The translations under genes were made by a program, and so were the position numbers. From a virus (taxonomy: Duplodnaviria > Caudoviricetes): a DNA stretch of 64,000 nucleotides. Location of the stretch: IMG/VR virus record IMGVR_UViG_3300032214_001459, positions 430 to 64,429 of that record, one strand, 5' to 3'. Below the pieces are notes generated by a model that was not told the DNA's origin, ran no database searches, and saw nothing but the letters and a program-made list of their open reading frames with translations. Shown one piece after another: positions 1-9,672 of this stretch (position 1 is the stretch's first letter; each line of letters opens with the position of its first letter).

Positions 1-350
1 TAGGGCTTCTGGTTGCGTGCCTCTAGGCGCACCTCTCTGGGGTGTCCCTCTGGCGTGTCTCTGGGGTGTGCCTCTCTGGGGTGTGTCTATTGGGGTGTCA
101 CTCTGGCTCACCTCTAGGGCGCTCTGGCGTGCCTCTGGCGTACCTCTAGGGGGTTGGGTTGGGGCTTGCCTCTGGGGTCTCTCTCTGGGGTCGCTCTGGG
201 TGGGGTGGAAAGTTATCTATTAGGGATAGTCACACCTGCCTCTGGGGTTGTGGCACTGCGAGGTGGTTTGGTTTGGGCTTGGTTATCGGAAGCCCCCCGT
301 CTGCTGGGGTGGTGGGTATGGGGTGTGGGGGTGGGTTTGGTGACCCCCTA
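1..350. repeat. Degenerate short-repeat, G/T-skewed tract (CCTCT(A/G)GG / CTCTGGGG units)
   Basis: Roughly 15 imperfect copies of (C/G)CTCT(A/G)GG(G/C) with many GGGG runs; very A-poor on + strand; overlapping ORFs are low-complexity W/G/L strings. Confidence 0.75.
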
Positions 351-431
351 GAAGCCCCGCTTTTTTAACGCTTTCCACAACACCCCTATTCCCGGGGGGA
401 GCCAAATAGCAGAAAATTGACTCCAGCTATT

Positions 432-626
432 TCACTTAGATTTATCCAAAGCGTAAAGCTTTTCTGCCCTCTTTTTTAGCTTTTTGTAGTATCGCGTTTC
501 TTTCGGATGCACTCCCGCGCAGCATGGGATTTCCTCATTCATTGCTAGCTCGACGAAGGCCTTATCTTCATATTCTTCTATTACTTCTTGAGTGTCCTGA
601 TACAGGCTGTCATGTGTTGTCCCCAT
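432..626 (-). CDS. Hypothetical protein
   Basis: Natural composition; start taken at MGTTHD (626) within ORF 432..653. Confidence 0.5.
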   Translation of the reverse strand: MGTTHDSLYQDTQEVIEEYEDKAFVELAMNEEIPCCAGVHPKETRYYKKLKKRAEKLYALDKSK

Positions 627-651
627 AATAAATACATCATATAATGAAAAC

Positions 652-882
652 ATGACACACGACTACATCTCCTACAACGACTTCCTTGCTGATGTCAGCA
701 TCCAGTACGAGCGTCAGAAGAACGATAAATACCCACTTCGCTATGGGCAGATGTACTTCAACCTGCTCGAAGAATCCAAGCCGGCACTTGCTAACCAACT
801 ACGGGAATCACTATATGACCCGTTCTATGTAGTACATGATGAGATTCCAGAGACTCACGCATTTGTAGAGTCCAAGTGGTAG
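652..882 (+). CDS. Hypothetical phage protein
   Basis: 76-aa ORF with RYGQMYFN motif; TATAAT 6 nt upstream of ATG. Confidence 0.7.
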   Translation: MTHDYISYNDFLADVSIQYERQKNDKYPLRYGQMYFNLLEESKPALANQLRESLYDPFYVVHDEIPETHAFVESKW

Positions 883-885
883 CTC

Positions 886-1044
886 TTATTTCTTACTTCC
901 TGTTTTAATTATTTCTTTTATCTTAAGGAACGAGCCTCGTTCCACTAGAGACTTAAGTAGCGATTCTATTTCTAGATTCTTTATATCTTCATCATCTGAT
1001 TTCTCAATAGTGATTATGAATGTCTGTTCATTGTTACTACTCAT
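886..1044 (-). CDS. Small hypothetical protein (52 aa, MSSNNEQTF...)
   Basis: Read manually; below the ORF-track cutoff; fills the gap convergently with 652..882. Confidence 0.45.
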   Translation of the reverse strand: MSSNNEQTFIITIEKSDDEDIKNLEIESLLKSLVERGSFLKIKEIIKTGSKK

Positions 1045-1283
1045 GTATTGCTAACCTGCTCGTTTCTCCGTAGAGGGATAATTTTATAAAGTGTCGCGGT
1101 TTATCAACTTAATTTATCTGGAATTATCTAGCTAATGGTAATACACCCGGGGTAAATATATATAGCAGTGTTCGTGCTTAGGATAAATTTATCCAGAAAA
1201 TAAGAAGAACTAAAAAAAATTTTCGATGCTTGCTAAAATGTTTAATAAATGACCCTTTGGAGTTACCGGCGCGCGGGGGGCGG

Positions 1284-1664
1284 CTAGAGCTGGGCGTTTA
1301 CGTATGACTTGTATTCTGGGCAAATAAAAGTAACTGAAGCAGCAATTATCGATGCAAAAAATTCATCATCATATGAACCAGAAGAATATTTTGTGAATAC
1401 ATCAATGATGTCTGAGAGTGTTGAACCAGTTGCAAATGAATCACAAACGATTGAACCAAATTCCAGTAAGTCAGCCTCAGTCCATGAACGAGCTTGCGCG
1501 GAAGAGCTGTATAGAGCGTCTAGATAGAGGTCGTACTTATTCGCTTCTGGTGCTGCTGCGGCAACTGTTGGTGGTGTTGTGACAAGAACTTCTCTGATTG
1601 TTTCTTTGCCACATCCAGAAAGGATTACAACTGCAGCAATGGACAAAAGTATTGATTTTTTCAT
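1284..1664 (-). CDS. Lipoprotein, DUF732-like
   Basis: Signal peptide with lipobox LSGC; C-terminal G-x-x-VC...ICP pattern typical of actinobacterial DUF732 proteins. Confidence 0.7.
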   Translation of the reverse strand: MKKSILLSIAAVVILSGCGKETIREVLVTTPPTVAAAAPEANKYDLYLDALYSSSAQARSWTEADLLEFGSIVCDSFATGSTLSDIIDVFTKYSSGSYDDEFFASIIAASVTFICPEYKSYVNAQL

Positions 1665-1735
1665 AATCCCCTATTTCTTTGATTTGTTTTTTAGAGCTTA
1701 TATGGAACCTGCCGTGCGTGCAAGTCTTCTTTTGG

Positions 1736-2584
1736 TTAGTCGAATTTTGAACCCAGTCTTCTGTGTGCCCACATTCCATAAAAAGAACGCTCGGAAGACT
1801 TGAATCCACCAAATACGGCATGGGCCATTAGGAATAAGTCAACTACAACCAGGTCGTTTTCCTCCCATGAGTGAATTTGTTGTAAATCTTCATCAAAATG
1901 TATAAGCTTCGTGAATCTCAACGCAAGCTCATAGAATCTTTCATTTTCCTCTTCTGAAGGTTTTCTTCCTTCAAATCTTTCTAGGTAAAAAGAATCTTCT
2001 CCATACTTGAATACGGCATTTAACCGTAGGGCGTGCCTCCCTGAAGGCTCGTATAGTTCTACGGCGTCATGTGTTGCTGGTTGTTGCTTTTCGTTTTTTG
2101 GTTTATCCCAATATTGAAATGCAGATACTTCGCACTTTTTTAGAAAAGATGTATCTTCTTCACTGAACGTGTCATACACGTCTGAGATATTGACGAACAG
2201 GGTTCTGCCGGCATCTTTTTCGCAAACAAATTTCTCCATATTCCACGTTGCACCTATTGCTGGGTTTTTATGACCCATGTGCTCTATGTGCCAAAGTAAT
2301 AAATATTCGTCTTTTGCAACATCATTACGACCCCATGTGCTCATTGAAAAAGAATGGTTCTCCTCATAGGGCCAGAATGTTTCTATGGGCGTGTTCGAAT
2401 TTGGGTGCCAATTCATGTGGTCACCGAAAGCTCTACTGATTGTCAATTGCTGCTCACGGGAAAACTTGAACCCACGGAAAACGATGATTGCTTGTTTTTT
2501 GAATAAATTTATGTATTCTGATAGATTGTTAACCAAGTGGTCGAAAGATTCAATCAATATTGGCTCTATAGCTTTTCTTGGCAT
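1736..2584 (-). CDS. TauD/TfdA-family Fe(II)/2-oxoglutarate dioxygenase
   Basis: IIVFRG, WHIE, GRTLF, HSWEENDLVVVD..MAHA..R motifs. Confidence 0.8.
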   Translation of the reverse strand: MPRKAIEPILIESFDHLVNNLSEYINLFKKQAIIVFRGFKFSREQQLTISRAFGDHMNWHPNSNTPIETFWPYEENHSFSMSTWGRNDVAKDEYLLLWHIEHMGHKNPAIGATWNMEKFVCEKDAGRTLFVNISDVYDTFSEEDTSFLKKCEVSAFQYWDKPKNEKQQPATHDAVELYEPSGRHALRLNAVFKYGEDSFYLERFEGRKPSEEENERFYELALRFTKLIHFDEDLQQIHSWEENDLVVVDLFLMAHAVFGGFKSSERSFYGMWAHRRLGSKFD

Positions 2585-2594
2585 TTTTTATTCC

Positions 2595-3269
2595 CTACTG
2601 GGTAATGTTGCTAAGTCTTATCATGTTATGAAGCAAGGCTAGCTTTGGTGTTGTCAGAAAAGACGTAACCACATATCTATCGCCACTAGATATCTTCTTT
2701 ACTCCGTGTTCGAAGAGTGGGCCTGAAGGCCAGGCTATTAATTGTCCTGATTTTGGCTTTATTTCTAGGTCTATGTCAGGGAAGAAGAGCTCTCCGCCTT
2801 CGTAGTCGTCGTTTATATAGAGGACCATCGCACCCTCGGTTATTGTCGTTGGGTGAAGGCTGGTTGGGTCGTAGTCCCTCATGTAATCGATTGAGTCACC
2901 TGACTCATTAAGGGAAACACCATCGCAGTGGACGCCCAGTGATGTTCCCTCTGGGTATTTCCTTAAAGCTGCTGGGTACAGAAACTGAACTTCTTGAGTA
3001 AATGAATACAAGAGCTCAGAAAGACCAAGTTTGGTGTATTTTCCCACGAGTTCGTGATTCGGACGTGGTGGCTCGTTTTCTCGACGTTGCTCTCCACGCT
3101 CATAGAAGTCATTCGGCCAGGAGTCTTGGTTCTTGCAAAATTCATAAAGCTCAAGACAGTCTTCTGTGCTTATGAAGTTATTAATTGATACAACTCTTTG
3201 TCTTAATGCTTCTTTGTGTATTTCCTTATGTATCAACACGTATTTTGAACCATTCCTAAATTGATTCAA
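2595..3269 (-). CDS. Prolyl-4-hydroxylase-like 2OG-Fe(II) oxygenase
   Basis: HCD, LYINDDYEGGELFFP, KPKSGQLIAWPS, HGV...SGDRY. Confidence 0.85.
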   Translation of the reverse strand: MNQFRNGSKYVLIHKEIHKEALRQRVVSINNFISTEDCLELYEFCKNQDSWPNDFYERGEQRRENEPPRPNHELVGKYTKLGLSELLYSFTQEVQFLYPAALRKYPEGTSLGVHCDGVSLNESGDSIDYMRDYDPTSLHPTTITEGAMVLYINDDYEGGELFFPDIDLEIKPKSGQLIAWPSGPLFEHGVKKISSGDRYVVTSFLTTPKLALLHNMIRLSNITQ

Positions 3270-4224
3270 CTAAATTTTTTGCCCAATGCCAATGTGCGTG
3301 CGAGCCGAAATGTGCCATTATCCGATTATCTTCTATTCGTAGAGTTTTTACTTTTAGTTTTTCTAATTCATTTATTGTGAAAGTAGAACTGTGTTTTTGC
3401 ATGCTCTTTGGCACTGAGTATCTGTCGTATCCGTAGTTGAAACAGCCATTAGACCTACTCTTTAGCTCTGCACAGCAGTCCTGGGCCCAATTGTCGTGAG
3501 CATACTTTCCGTACACCTCACCTGTTTCGCCATCAATACGTGGCTCATTCAATTGAAGGTAATTGACCGTGTATTTATTCTGAACAAAATGAGAAAAATG
3601 TTCAATAAGTTTATTCTCGTGATAATTTTCTATGTCTGTCCATATCTGCCATCTCAGAAGAATTCCATGAGCACGACATATTGCCTCTAGCGCGCTTAAA
3701 GCGACAATTGATTGAGCTACTGCCTGGTTTACAGTGTATGAGTTTTCTCGCATACCCCTGTAAGTATTTCCGTCAACAATTTCTCCATCCTCTTTCGCGT
3801 GCTCGTACCTTGTTAGTTCTGGGAATGTACATAGAACAATCTTCGGCGGCCCGTACATACGAATATAGGTGCTCAATATTCTTATCTGCTTCGCAATTGA
3901 GCAACCAGGTACCCCTAGGTTGACTACGTCATCAACTCCCATTAGCTCTTTGACAACGGTGGGCCAGATTAGGTTTTCTGGAACTCCAACTCCAAAAGTG
4001 TGAGAGCATCCAAGCGCAACCATGCTTGTGTTTTCATGGAACTCGATTGAGCGGAAGCCGTGCTTGTTAAATGAGTAGTCCAATAACTCTGGCATTGGGT
4101 ATTCACTGCCAAGATTAAATCTATTCGTTTTAAATGGAGAAACACGTTGAGAAAACGAGATGTGCCGAAATACGGTTTCATCAAGGTCCCCGTCCCAGTC
4201 TGGATATGGATGTTCTTCCTGCAT
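3256..4224 (-). CDS. SGNH/GDSL-hydrolase-like phage protein
   Basis: YSFNKHGFRS, ALGCSHTFGVG, NLGVPGCS, C-terminal HFGSHAH. Confidence 0.6.
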   Translation of the reverse strand: MQEEHPYPDWDGDLDETVFRHISFSQRVSPFKTNRFNLGSEYPMPELLDYSFNKHGFRSIEFHENTSMVALGCSHTFGVGVPENLIWPTVVKELMGVDDVVNLGVPGCSIAKQIRILSTYIRMYGPPKIVLCTFPELTRYEHAKEDGEIVDGNTYRGMRENSYTVNQAVAQSIVALSALEAICRAHGILLRWQIWTDIENYHENKLIEHFSHFVQNKYTVNYLQLNEPRIDGETGEVYGKYAHDNWAQDCCAELKSRSNGCFNYGYDRYSVPKSMQKHSSTFTINELEKLKVKTLRIEDNRIMAHFGSHAHWHWAKNLVESI

Positions 4225-4321
4225 AATTTGCCTAGTAGATATAAGGGGACTTTTTCCCGAATATCCTTCTCCAGAGCACCCTAATCATTGTGCGCAATTT
4301 CCTAAGTGTCATGCTGACATC

Positions 4322-5755
4322 TTATATGCAAATATTCATTCCTCTATGCATGGAATTCCACGCCACAACATCAGCCAAGTCGTTCAGCAAAGGCTGTCCC
4401 TTTATGTTAAGGCTTGTATTTAAAAGGATTGGAACACCAGAGTATTCGTGCCACTGTTTTAAAAGCTCGTAAAGACCAGCGTGTTGCTGTTTATTGACAG
4501 TTTGAACCCTTGAAGTGCCATCTTCATGAACCACAGAGGGAATCAACTCTGGTTTTTTGCATCTCACAGCGAATTGCATATACGGACTTGGATGGCTGAT
4601 TTCAAACCATTCTGAAGCATGCTCCTCCAGGACAACTGGGGCAAATGGTCGAAACATCTCTCTGCCCTTAACAGTATTGACCAAGTCTTTGCAGGAAGCT
4701 TCTCTTGGGTCTGCGAAAATGCTTCTATTCCCTAGAGCTCTTGGACCGTACTCTGCTCTTCCGCTTACAACTGCTGCAATTTTGTTCTCAATCAGTTCTT
4801 TTAATATTGAATCCACCGGATATTCGTTGCCAACATCTTTTCCAAGATATGGGCCTTGCCAATTTAGATGTTTTCCATACACAGCGGCTGCTGCTCCAAG
4901 ACTGCTCCCAGCATCCCCAGGATTCGGCATAATCCATACCTGATTATAGATGTCAAACAGCTTTGTATTTGCAGAACAGTTAAGGGCGCATCCACCCATA
5001 AATACCAGATTTTCTTTCCCAGTCTTTTTCTTGGCGAATACCATGAATTCAATAAGTCTTTTTTCATAGACAGCCTGAACGGCAGCTGCAATATCAAATT
5101 TATTTTGCTCTGTTGGTTTAACAGAAAATCCACTAACACCGTAATGAAAAAGCTCTGTCTGTTTATCTATGGAAGGGAATAAGGAGTTAATCTCAGAAAA
5201 GTAAATTGTGGGGTCGCCGTAGGCGGCCATTCCCATCATTATGTACTCTTCCTCGTTTGGCTTTAGTCCGATGTATTCCGTGAAAGCTGAGTAGAAAAGT
5301 CCGAAGCTGAATGGGTAGCTCCGAGAAAAAATTTTTTTTATTTCATTTCCGTTTCCAGACCAAATGCTGGTTGTTTCAAATTCCCCAATCGCGTCAAGGA
5401 CCACTATCGCAGCGTTATCAAAATTGCTTGTGTAGTAGCCGGCGCACGCATGAGAATAATGATGTTTAAAATTCAATATTTTTGACTTAGGGAAGTATTC
5501 TTTTACACCAGAATACGGAACGTTGCTTCCACCGAAAAGACCAACCCTAATCTTTTTCAAAAATGGCTTTTCGTAGTATCCAATGACATCTGGTTTTCCA
5601 TACTCAAGGGCTGCGTTAACAATTTCTTGATTCAGAAACCAATCATTTTTTATTTTGCTATACCTCTCGGAATGCGATGCGAAAAGGATGTTCCCGTCTT
5701 CAATTACAGACAGCGAAGCATCATGGGAGCAAGCGTTTATTCCGAAGATAATCAT
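4322..5755 (-). CDS. Carbamoyltransferase (NodU/CmcH family)
   Basis: HDAS, ERYSKIK, HHYSHA, DAIGE, GGCALN, PGDAGSSLGA, EYGPRALGNRS, FRPFAP, NTSLN motifs. Confidence 0.95.
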   Translation of the reverse strand: MIIFGINACSHDASLSVIEDGNILFASHSERYSKIKNDWFLNQEIVNAALEYGKPDVIGYYEKPFLKKIRVGLFGGSNVPYSGVKEYFPKSKILNFKHHYSHACAGYYTSNFDNAAIVVLDAIGEFETTSIWSGNGNEIKKIFSRSYPFSFGLFYSAFTEYIGLKPNEEEYIMMGMAAYGDPTIYFSEINSLFPSIDKQTELFHYGVSGFSVKPTEQNKFDIAAAVQAVYEKRLIEFMVFAKKKTGKENLVFMGGCALNCSANTKLFDIYNQVWIMPNPGDAGSSLGAAAAVYGKHLNWQGPYLGKDVGNEYPVDSILKELIENKIAAVVSGRAEYGPRALGNRSIFADPREASCKDLVNTVKGREMFRPFAPVVLEEHASEWFEISHPSPYMQFAVRCKKPELIPSVVHEDGTSRVQTVNKQQHAGLYELLKQWHEYSGVPILLNTSLNIKGQPLLNDLADVVAWNSMHRGMNICI

Positions 5756-5760
5756 AATTA

Positions 5761-6534
5761 TTAATAGTGATAGTGCCCGATTATGTTTTTGCGGAAAAAC
5801 CCAGGTAAACTTTTATGAGCACAATGAAGTGTGTTGCCAGACCAAAATAAAACATCTCCTGGCTGTGCTAGAAACGCTTCGGCTTTAAAAAAACCTTCTT
5901 CTAATGATTTTTCCACAAACTTTTCCATCATCACTGCATACTCCCTAACTATACGATGGTTTGGAAAAATTTTTGACAAATCTTCAGTTCGAGAACAGTT
6001 TTCTTGCTGAAGAAGGTTTTCTTCGTATTCTTTTTTGAAAGAAAGAAAATATGGATTATTCAGATAATCAAAATTATTGCTAGCTGGAATATATCCAAAT
6101 GGTCCAGATTCTATTTCAATTTTGTCAAGCGCAATCCACGCACCAACATGAGATTTATGCATTCTGTGATAATGCCTATCTTCATACAAACCAAAAAAAT
6201 CAGCAATGACGCTGTCGTAATGCCAGTCCTGGCCAACAGAAATCCAAGGCAAAAGAGATAGATGCAAATTTGGTTTATTGCCATCAAGCAGAACACTGAC
6301 AATATCTAAAATCTCTTTTGAATTAAGAAAATTACTTATATATTCATCTTCGGTGTGCATGTTGTCTCTGTACTCCCAACCAGAAATTTTCTGGTCTTCT
6401 TCAGTGCGTTTCCAGAGGTGATTATTTTCCTCGTAGTAAGTTTTATACTTTTCTAATCTATCCACTGATACCAAATTCTTAAAAATTACAAAACCCTGCT
6501 CATCGAAGTGCTTTTTTTCTGATTCGTAACTCAT
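5761..6534 (-). CDS. Phytanoyl-CoA dioxygenase (PhyH)-family protein
   Basis: FDEQGFVIF, WHYD, AWIALD...SGP...PAS, PGDVLFW...LH. Confidence 0.85.
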   Translation of the reverse strand: MSYESEKKHFDEQGFVIFKNLVSVDRLEKYKTYYEENNHLWKRTEEDQKISGWEYRDNMHTEDEYISNFLNSKEILDIVSVLLDGNKPNLHLSLLPWISVGQDWHYDSVIADFFGLYEDRHYHRMHKSHVGAWIALDKIEIESGPFGYIPASNNFDYLNNPYFLSFKKEYEENLLQQENCSRTEDLSKIFPNHRIVREYAVMMEKFVEKSLEEGFFKAEAFLAQPGDVLFWSGNTLHCAHKSLPGFFRKNIIGHYHY

Positions 6535-6929
6535 TCAACACCAACAACTGAGTACTTGCCGTAATGAAGTGTCTCTGCCGCATATTCCGGATTCAGAGTC
6601 TTGCGCCACCCGCCAATTGACTTCATGAGAACACCTGGCTTGCCTGTCGCGCTACAAGTTCTAGAAGCAATCTCTTCGTACTTCGAGATAATGCTGACAA
6701 TTCGTTTCAGGATGTCTTTATCGTCTGGATTAGATGGCTTTGTGTAGTAACGAAGCCCACCAAACTTTTCCTTAACTTGATAAATCTGGTATTTTGGGTC
6801 AGCTCCAGTTAATTCCTTATCACAATCCAAGACAAGTTGATACCAGCCCTCATCGACGTCTATCGACTTCCAGTATTCTGGAACTATCTTCTCTTTTAAT
6901 TTTTCAATCTGTAGCTGGAGCTCATTCAT
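6531..6929 (-). CDS. Conserved hypothetical phage protein
   Basis: GWYQL...QVKEKFGGLRYY...TCSATGKPG motif of a widespread phage family. Confidence 0.75.
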   Translation of the reverse strand: MNELQLQIEKLKEKIVPEYWKSIDVDEGWYQLVLDCDKELTGADPKYQIYQVKEKFGGLRYYTKPSNPDDKDILKRIVSIISKYEEIASRTCSATGKPGVLMKSIGGWRKTLNPEYAAETLHYGKYSVVGVE

Positions 6930-6935
6930 TTTGAT

Positions 6936-7187
6936 TTATCCAAATCTTTTCTTCATCACTTCTGCGATGTTTTCTTCTTCGTAGAATCTCATTGCATCTT
7001 CCATGCTTATTTCCTTCATATCCTGGAAGCCATCAACAATATTCTTCATTAATTCGGATGTTTCAACTAGCTCACCGTCAACAAGCGCTGTTTCATACAG
7101 TTCTTGTTTCTCGTCATCGACGGAAAGAACGAATAGTTTGATATGTTCCCCCATTGGGGTCATTCTGGAAAAAAATCTGTGTTTCAT
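6936..7187 (-). CDS. Hypothetical protein
   Basis: 83-aa ORF tightly packed in operon. Confidence 0.65.
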   Translation of the reverse strand: MKHRFFSRMTPMGEHIKLFVLSVDDEKQELYETALVDGELVETSELMKNIVDGFQDMKEISMEDAMRFYEEENIAEVMKKRFG

Positions 7188-7196
7188 TGCTTCAAC

Positions 7197-7349
7197 CTAC
7201 ACCTTTGGGACTTGGTAAATCTGCTCATCTATTATTTTCCCACAAGACCCGCAGAAAAGACCACGGCCACTCTGGTCCTCCCAATACAGCTGTTTGTTGA
7301 CGCAGTTGTGGGGTAGGCATGATAATAGTGATTTTAGTATATTTTTCAT
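7197..7349 (-). CDS. Small Cys-containing hypothetical protein (MKNILKS...)
   Basis: ATG immediately after tRNA 3' end; HNC...CGSCG possible Zn ribbon. Confidence 0.45.
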   Translation of the reverse strand: MKNILKSLLSCLPHNCVNKQLYWEDQSGRGLFCGSCGKIIDEQIYQVPKV

Positions 7350-7351
7350 AG

Positions 7352-7414
<63 letters not shown>

Positions 7415-7424
<10 letters not shown>

Positions 7425-7858
7425 TTGTTCTTTTTTATTTTATATGCCCACTCCGCGCTTCTTATCTTTCTGCATGCCCGACATTGCCTATTGTTGCCAT
7501 GCATGTAAGTATTTTCGGAATTGTACTCATGACCTTTGGGGCAATGTGTTTTAAGTGTTTGTGCTTTAACAAACCTACCCTTTGCGACGCAATCAGCCAT
7601 ATTCGATGCTTGTGTACCTGCGGTCAAATGGGCTGGGTTTACACATGGGGGGTTGTCACAAATATGCATAACCACTGGAGGATAAAAGCCATTGGCAAGG
7701 AGAAAAGAGTATCGATGGGCTCTTCCTTGTATGCCATTAACCTTGAAAGCTCCATACCCACCCCTGGTAAGTCCCCCGTTCCAAGTCCAGCATTCTTCAG
7801 GAGAGCCAGTGTGTACTTTGTCCCAAAACCTATCTGGTGTCTTATCTTTTGTGCTCAT
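7415..7858 (-). mobile_element. HNH homing endonuclease (HNH_3 type) inserted between two tRNA genes
   Basis: CWTW...GYG...AHRYS...VMHICDNPPCVNPAHL..GT..SNM..C and C-terminal THCPKGH...RQCRAC. Confidence 0.9.
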
Positions 7859-7872
7859 TACATCCTCTTTCG

Positions 7873-7947
7873 TGCCCCTGGTTGGAATTGAACCAACGTG
7901 GACCGCTACGGTTTCTACACCTTATAAGAGTGAGCCGATACAAGGGC
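7873..7947 (-). tRNA. Non-canonical tRNA-like gene, TAT (Ile) anticodon, lacking a D-arm
   Basis: Acceptor GCCCTTG/CAGGGGC+A, T-arm GTTGG-TTCAATT-CCAAC, anticodon loop CTTATAA, only 7 nt where the D-arm should be, 19-nt variable region. Confidence 0.7.
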
Positions 7948-7952
7948 GGGTC

Positions 7953-8279
7953 TCATTTGAAAACCTCTACCGTGCTGGCTATTCGTTCACGTAATGCACT
8001 GACGCTTCCAGATGCATTCATTTTCCCCTGGAAAACACCATTGTGGAAGACAAGAAGAGATGGTATCGACATGATGTCGAATTCTCTGGCTGTCACCATG
8101 TTCTCGTCTGTGTTTATTTTTGCAAAAACAACAGTGTCGGTAAATTCTTTTGACAATTCTTCAAGCAATGGAGAGAGTTTTAGGCATGGCCCACACCATG
8201 GTGCCCAGAAGTCCGCAATAACAATCTTGTCTGACGACTTTATTGTTTCATTGAATGTTTGGTCGGTAAGTTCTAACAT
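7953..8279 (-). CDS. trxA: Thioredoxin
   Basis: DFWAPWCGPC active site, IMSIP. Confidence 0.95.
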   Translation of the reverse strand: MLELTDQTFNETIKSSDKIVIADFWAPWCGPCLKLSPLLEELSKEFTDTVVFAKINTDENMVTAREFDIMSIPSLLVFHNGVFQGKMNASGSVSALRERIASTVEVFK

Positions 8280-8288
8280 GATTTAATA

Positions 8289-8747
8289 CTACTCCGTTTC
8301 GTCGTATTCTTTGTCGTACATCATTTTTATTACATCTTCTGGATAGATAAGAAAACCCTTTGCAGGGTTGTCCTGGCCACCAAAATCCCGTTTTGTTCCT
8401 TGATTAAATTTATCTGGATGTTTTCTCAAAAAGCGCTTCAGTCTTGCTACTGAGATTATTACAAAAGAGCCGTCCATCGCGTATATGTACACCCACCACT
8501 TTGCAGTGGTTATATTTATCCCGCTCTTAACCCAAATCTTTTCACCATTACCATCCGTGGTGCCGCGAGGATTCTGTTCTGTCTCGACGACCATGCGCCC
8601 ATTTCGGTATCTATCGCTTTTAACTTCAAAAGCCCCTTCGGAAAGCGTTGCGAAAAAAGACTTAACTAGTTCTTCGCCGGATTCACCATAAGACAAATCT
8701 TTTTTAAAGTCAAAAACTTTTTGGGGTATATCAAACTCTGCAGCCAT
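8289..8747 (-). CDS. Hypothetical protein, possible PD-(D/E)XK nuclease fold
   Basis: GESGE...FEVKSD...VVE...SGI..T.A.WW pattern. Confidence 0.55.
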   Translation of the reverse strand: MAAEFDIPQKVFDFKKDLSYGESGEELVKSFFATLSEGAFEVKSDRYRNGRMVVETEQNPRGTTDGNGEKIWVKSGINITTAKWWVYIYAMDGSFVIISVARLKRFLRKHPDKFNQGTKRDFGGQDNPAKGFLIYPEDVIKMMYDKEYDETE

Positions 8748-8798
8748 AGTGCACTAAGCATGGCATCAAAGTGGGAATAAATCAACCCGTGTTGGAGA

Positions 8799-9512
8799 TT
8801 AGTTTTTGTAAACTCTCCAGTTTCCAAGCTTGCCTGCGCTGTTGTCCATAATCCATTTTGCAAATTTGACGTTGCAATTAACGTCCTTGAGTCCGCTCAT
8901 TCTGTTTTTAACAGCATCCTCACCGCAGACCATGGCAACCTTTGACTTCCATGAAGAATTTATCTGGAGCAATCCAGTGTCGTATGACTTGTCCTTGTTT
9001 AGGTGGTATGTCATATTCCCATTCTTATCCCAGGTCGCATTTTGGGCATCTGGGCGGCAGTTGCTCTCGCGCCATGCGACATAGGAGAACACCTCAACTG
9101 GTTCCAAGCCAACTTCCTTGAACAATGGCTCCCACATTGGGCATCGCTTGTCTGGGTCACTCGGAATGTTGTAGACAGAACTCGCTGGGGGTGTTGGGAC
9201 GTTGCTGATTGGGAGGTTTAATTCCTGCAGTTTCTCTACGTGTTCACGACGGGTTATCGAGCCATAGACGCCATCAACCCGAACGGTCCCGATTGTCGTC
9301 TGGAGCGTTTTCACTCGCTGGCTATTCTCGCCAAAAGCATAAACATCTAGCAAAACAGCCTTTGCTTTAACTCCCTCCATCCTGTCTGGCGTTAAGACCA
9401 TGACAGCCGGGGGAGGCAACAGTGTGGCTACCTCCGCCTTTGTTGTCCCTGGGAGTGAAATCCCAAGAGCTCCAAAAAGTATAGAAATAGTCCATCCTGT
9501 GAGTTGTTTCAA
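8799..9512 (-). CDS. Secreted lytic transglycosylase (SLT/lysozyme-like) with peptidoglycan-binding segment
   Basis: Signal peptide; VDGVYG PG-binding motif; RESNC..AQN...DTGLLQIN catalytic motifs. Confidence 0.8.
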   Translation of the reverse strand: MKQLTGWTISILFGALGISLPGTTKAEVATLLPPPAVMVLTPDRMEGVKAKAVLLDVYAFGENSQRVKTLQTTIGTVRVDGVYGSITRREHVEKLQELNLPISNVPTPPASSVYNIPSDPDKRCPMWEPLFKEVGLEPVEVFSYVAWRESNCRPDAQNATWDKNGNMTYHLNKDKSYDTGLLQINSSWKSKVAMVCGEDAVKNRMSGLKDVNCNVKFAKWIMDNSAGKLGNWRVYKN

Positions 9513-9672
9513 TTGCTTGTCCTTCGTTCGGCGGATAAAAGTAGAGTTAGTATTTGCTCTATATGTAAGTGATTATTAACCCCGCCAAGGGGCGCTTATA
9601 AGTATACCAAATTCACGCGTGTGCGCAACATTTGTCAAAACCCTTGCTGTTAAAGGGTTTTATGGTCAACCA

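Noticed and set aside
1-350. Possible CRISPR array
   Set aside because: Units are short and degenerate, with no constant-length unique spacers; no cas genes seen
17-368. Three overlapping + strand ORFs rich in W/G/L
   Set aside because: Translation artefacts of the G/T-skewed repeat; no RBS, and all frames are equally open
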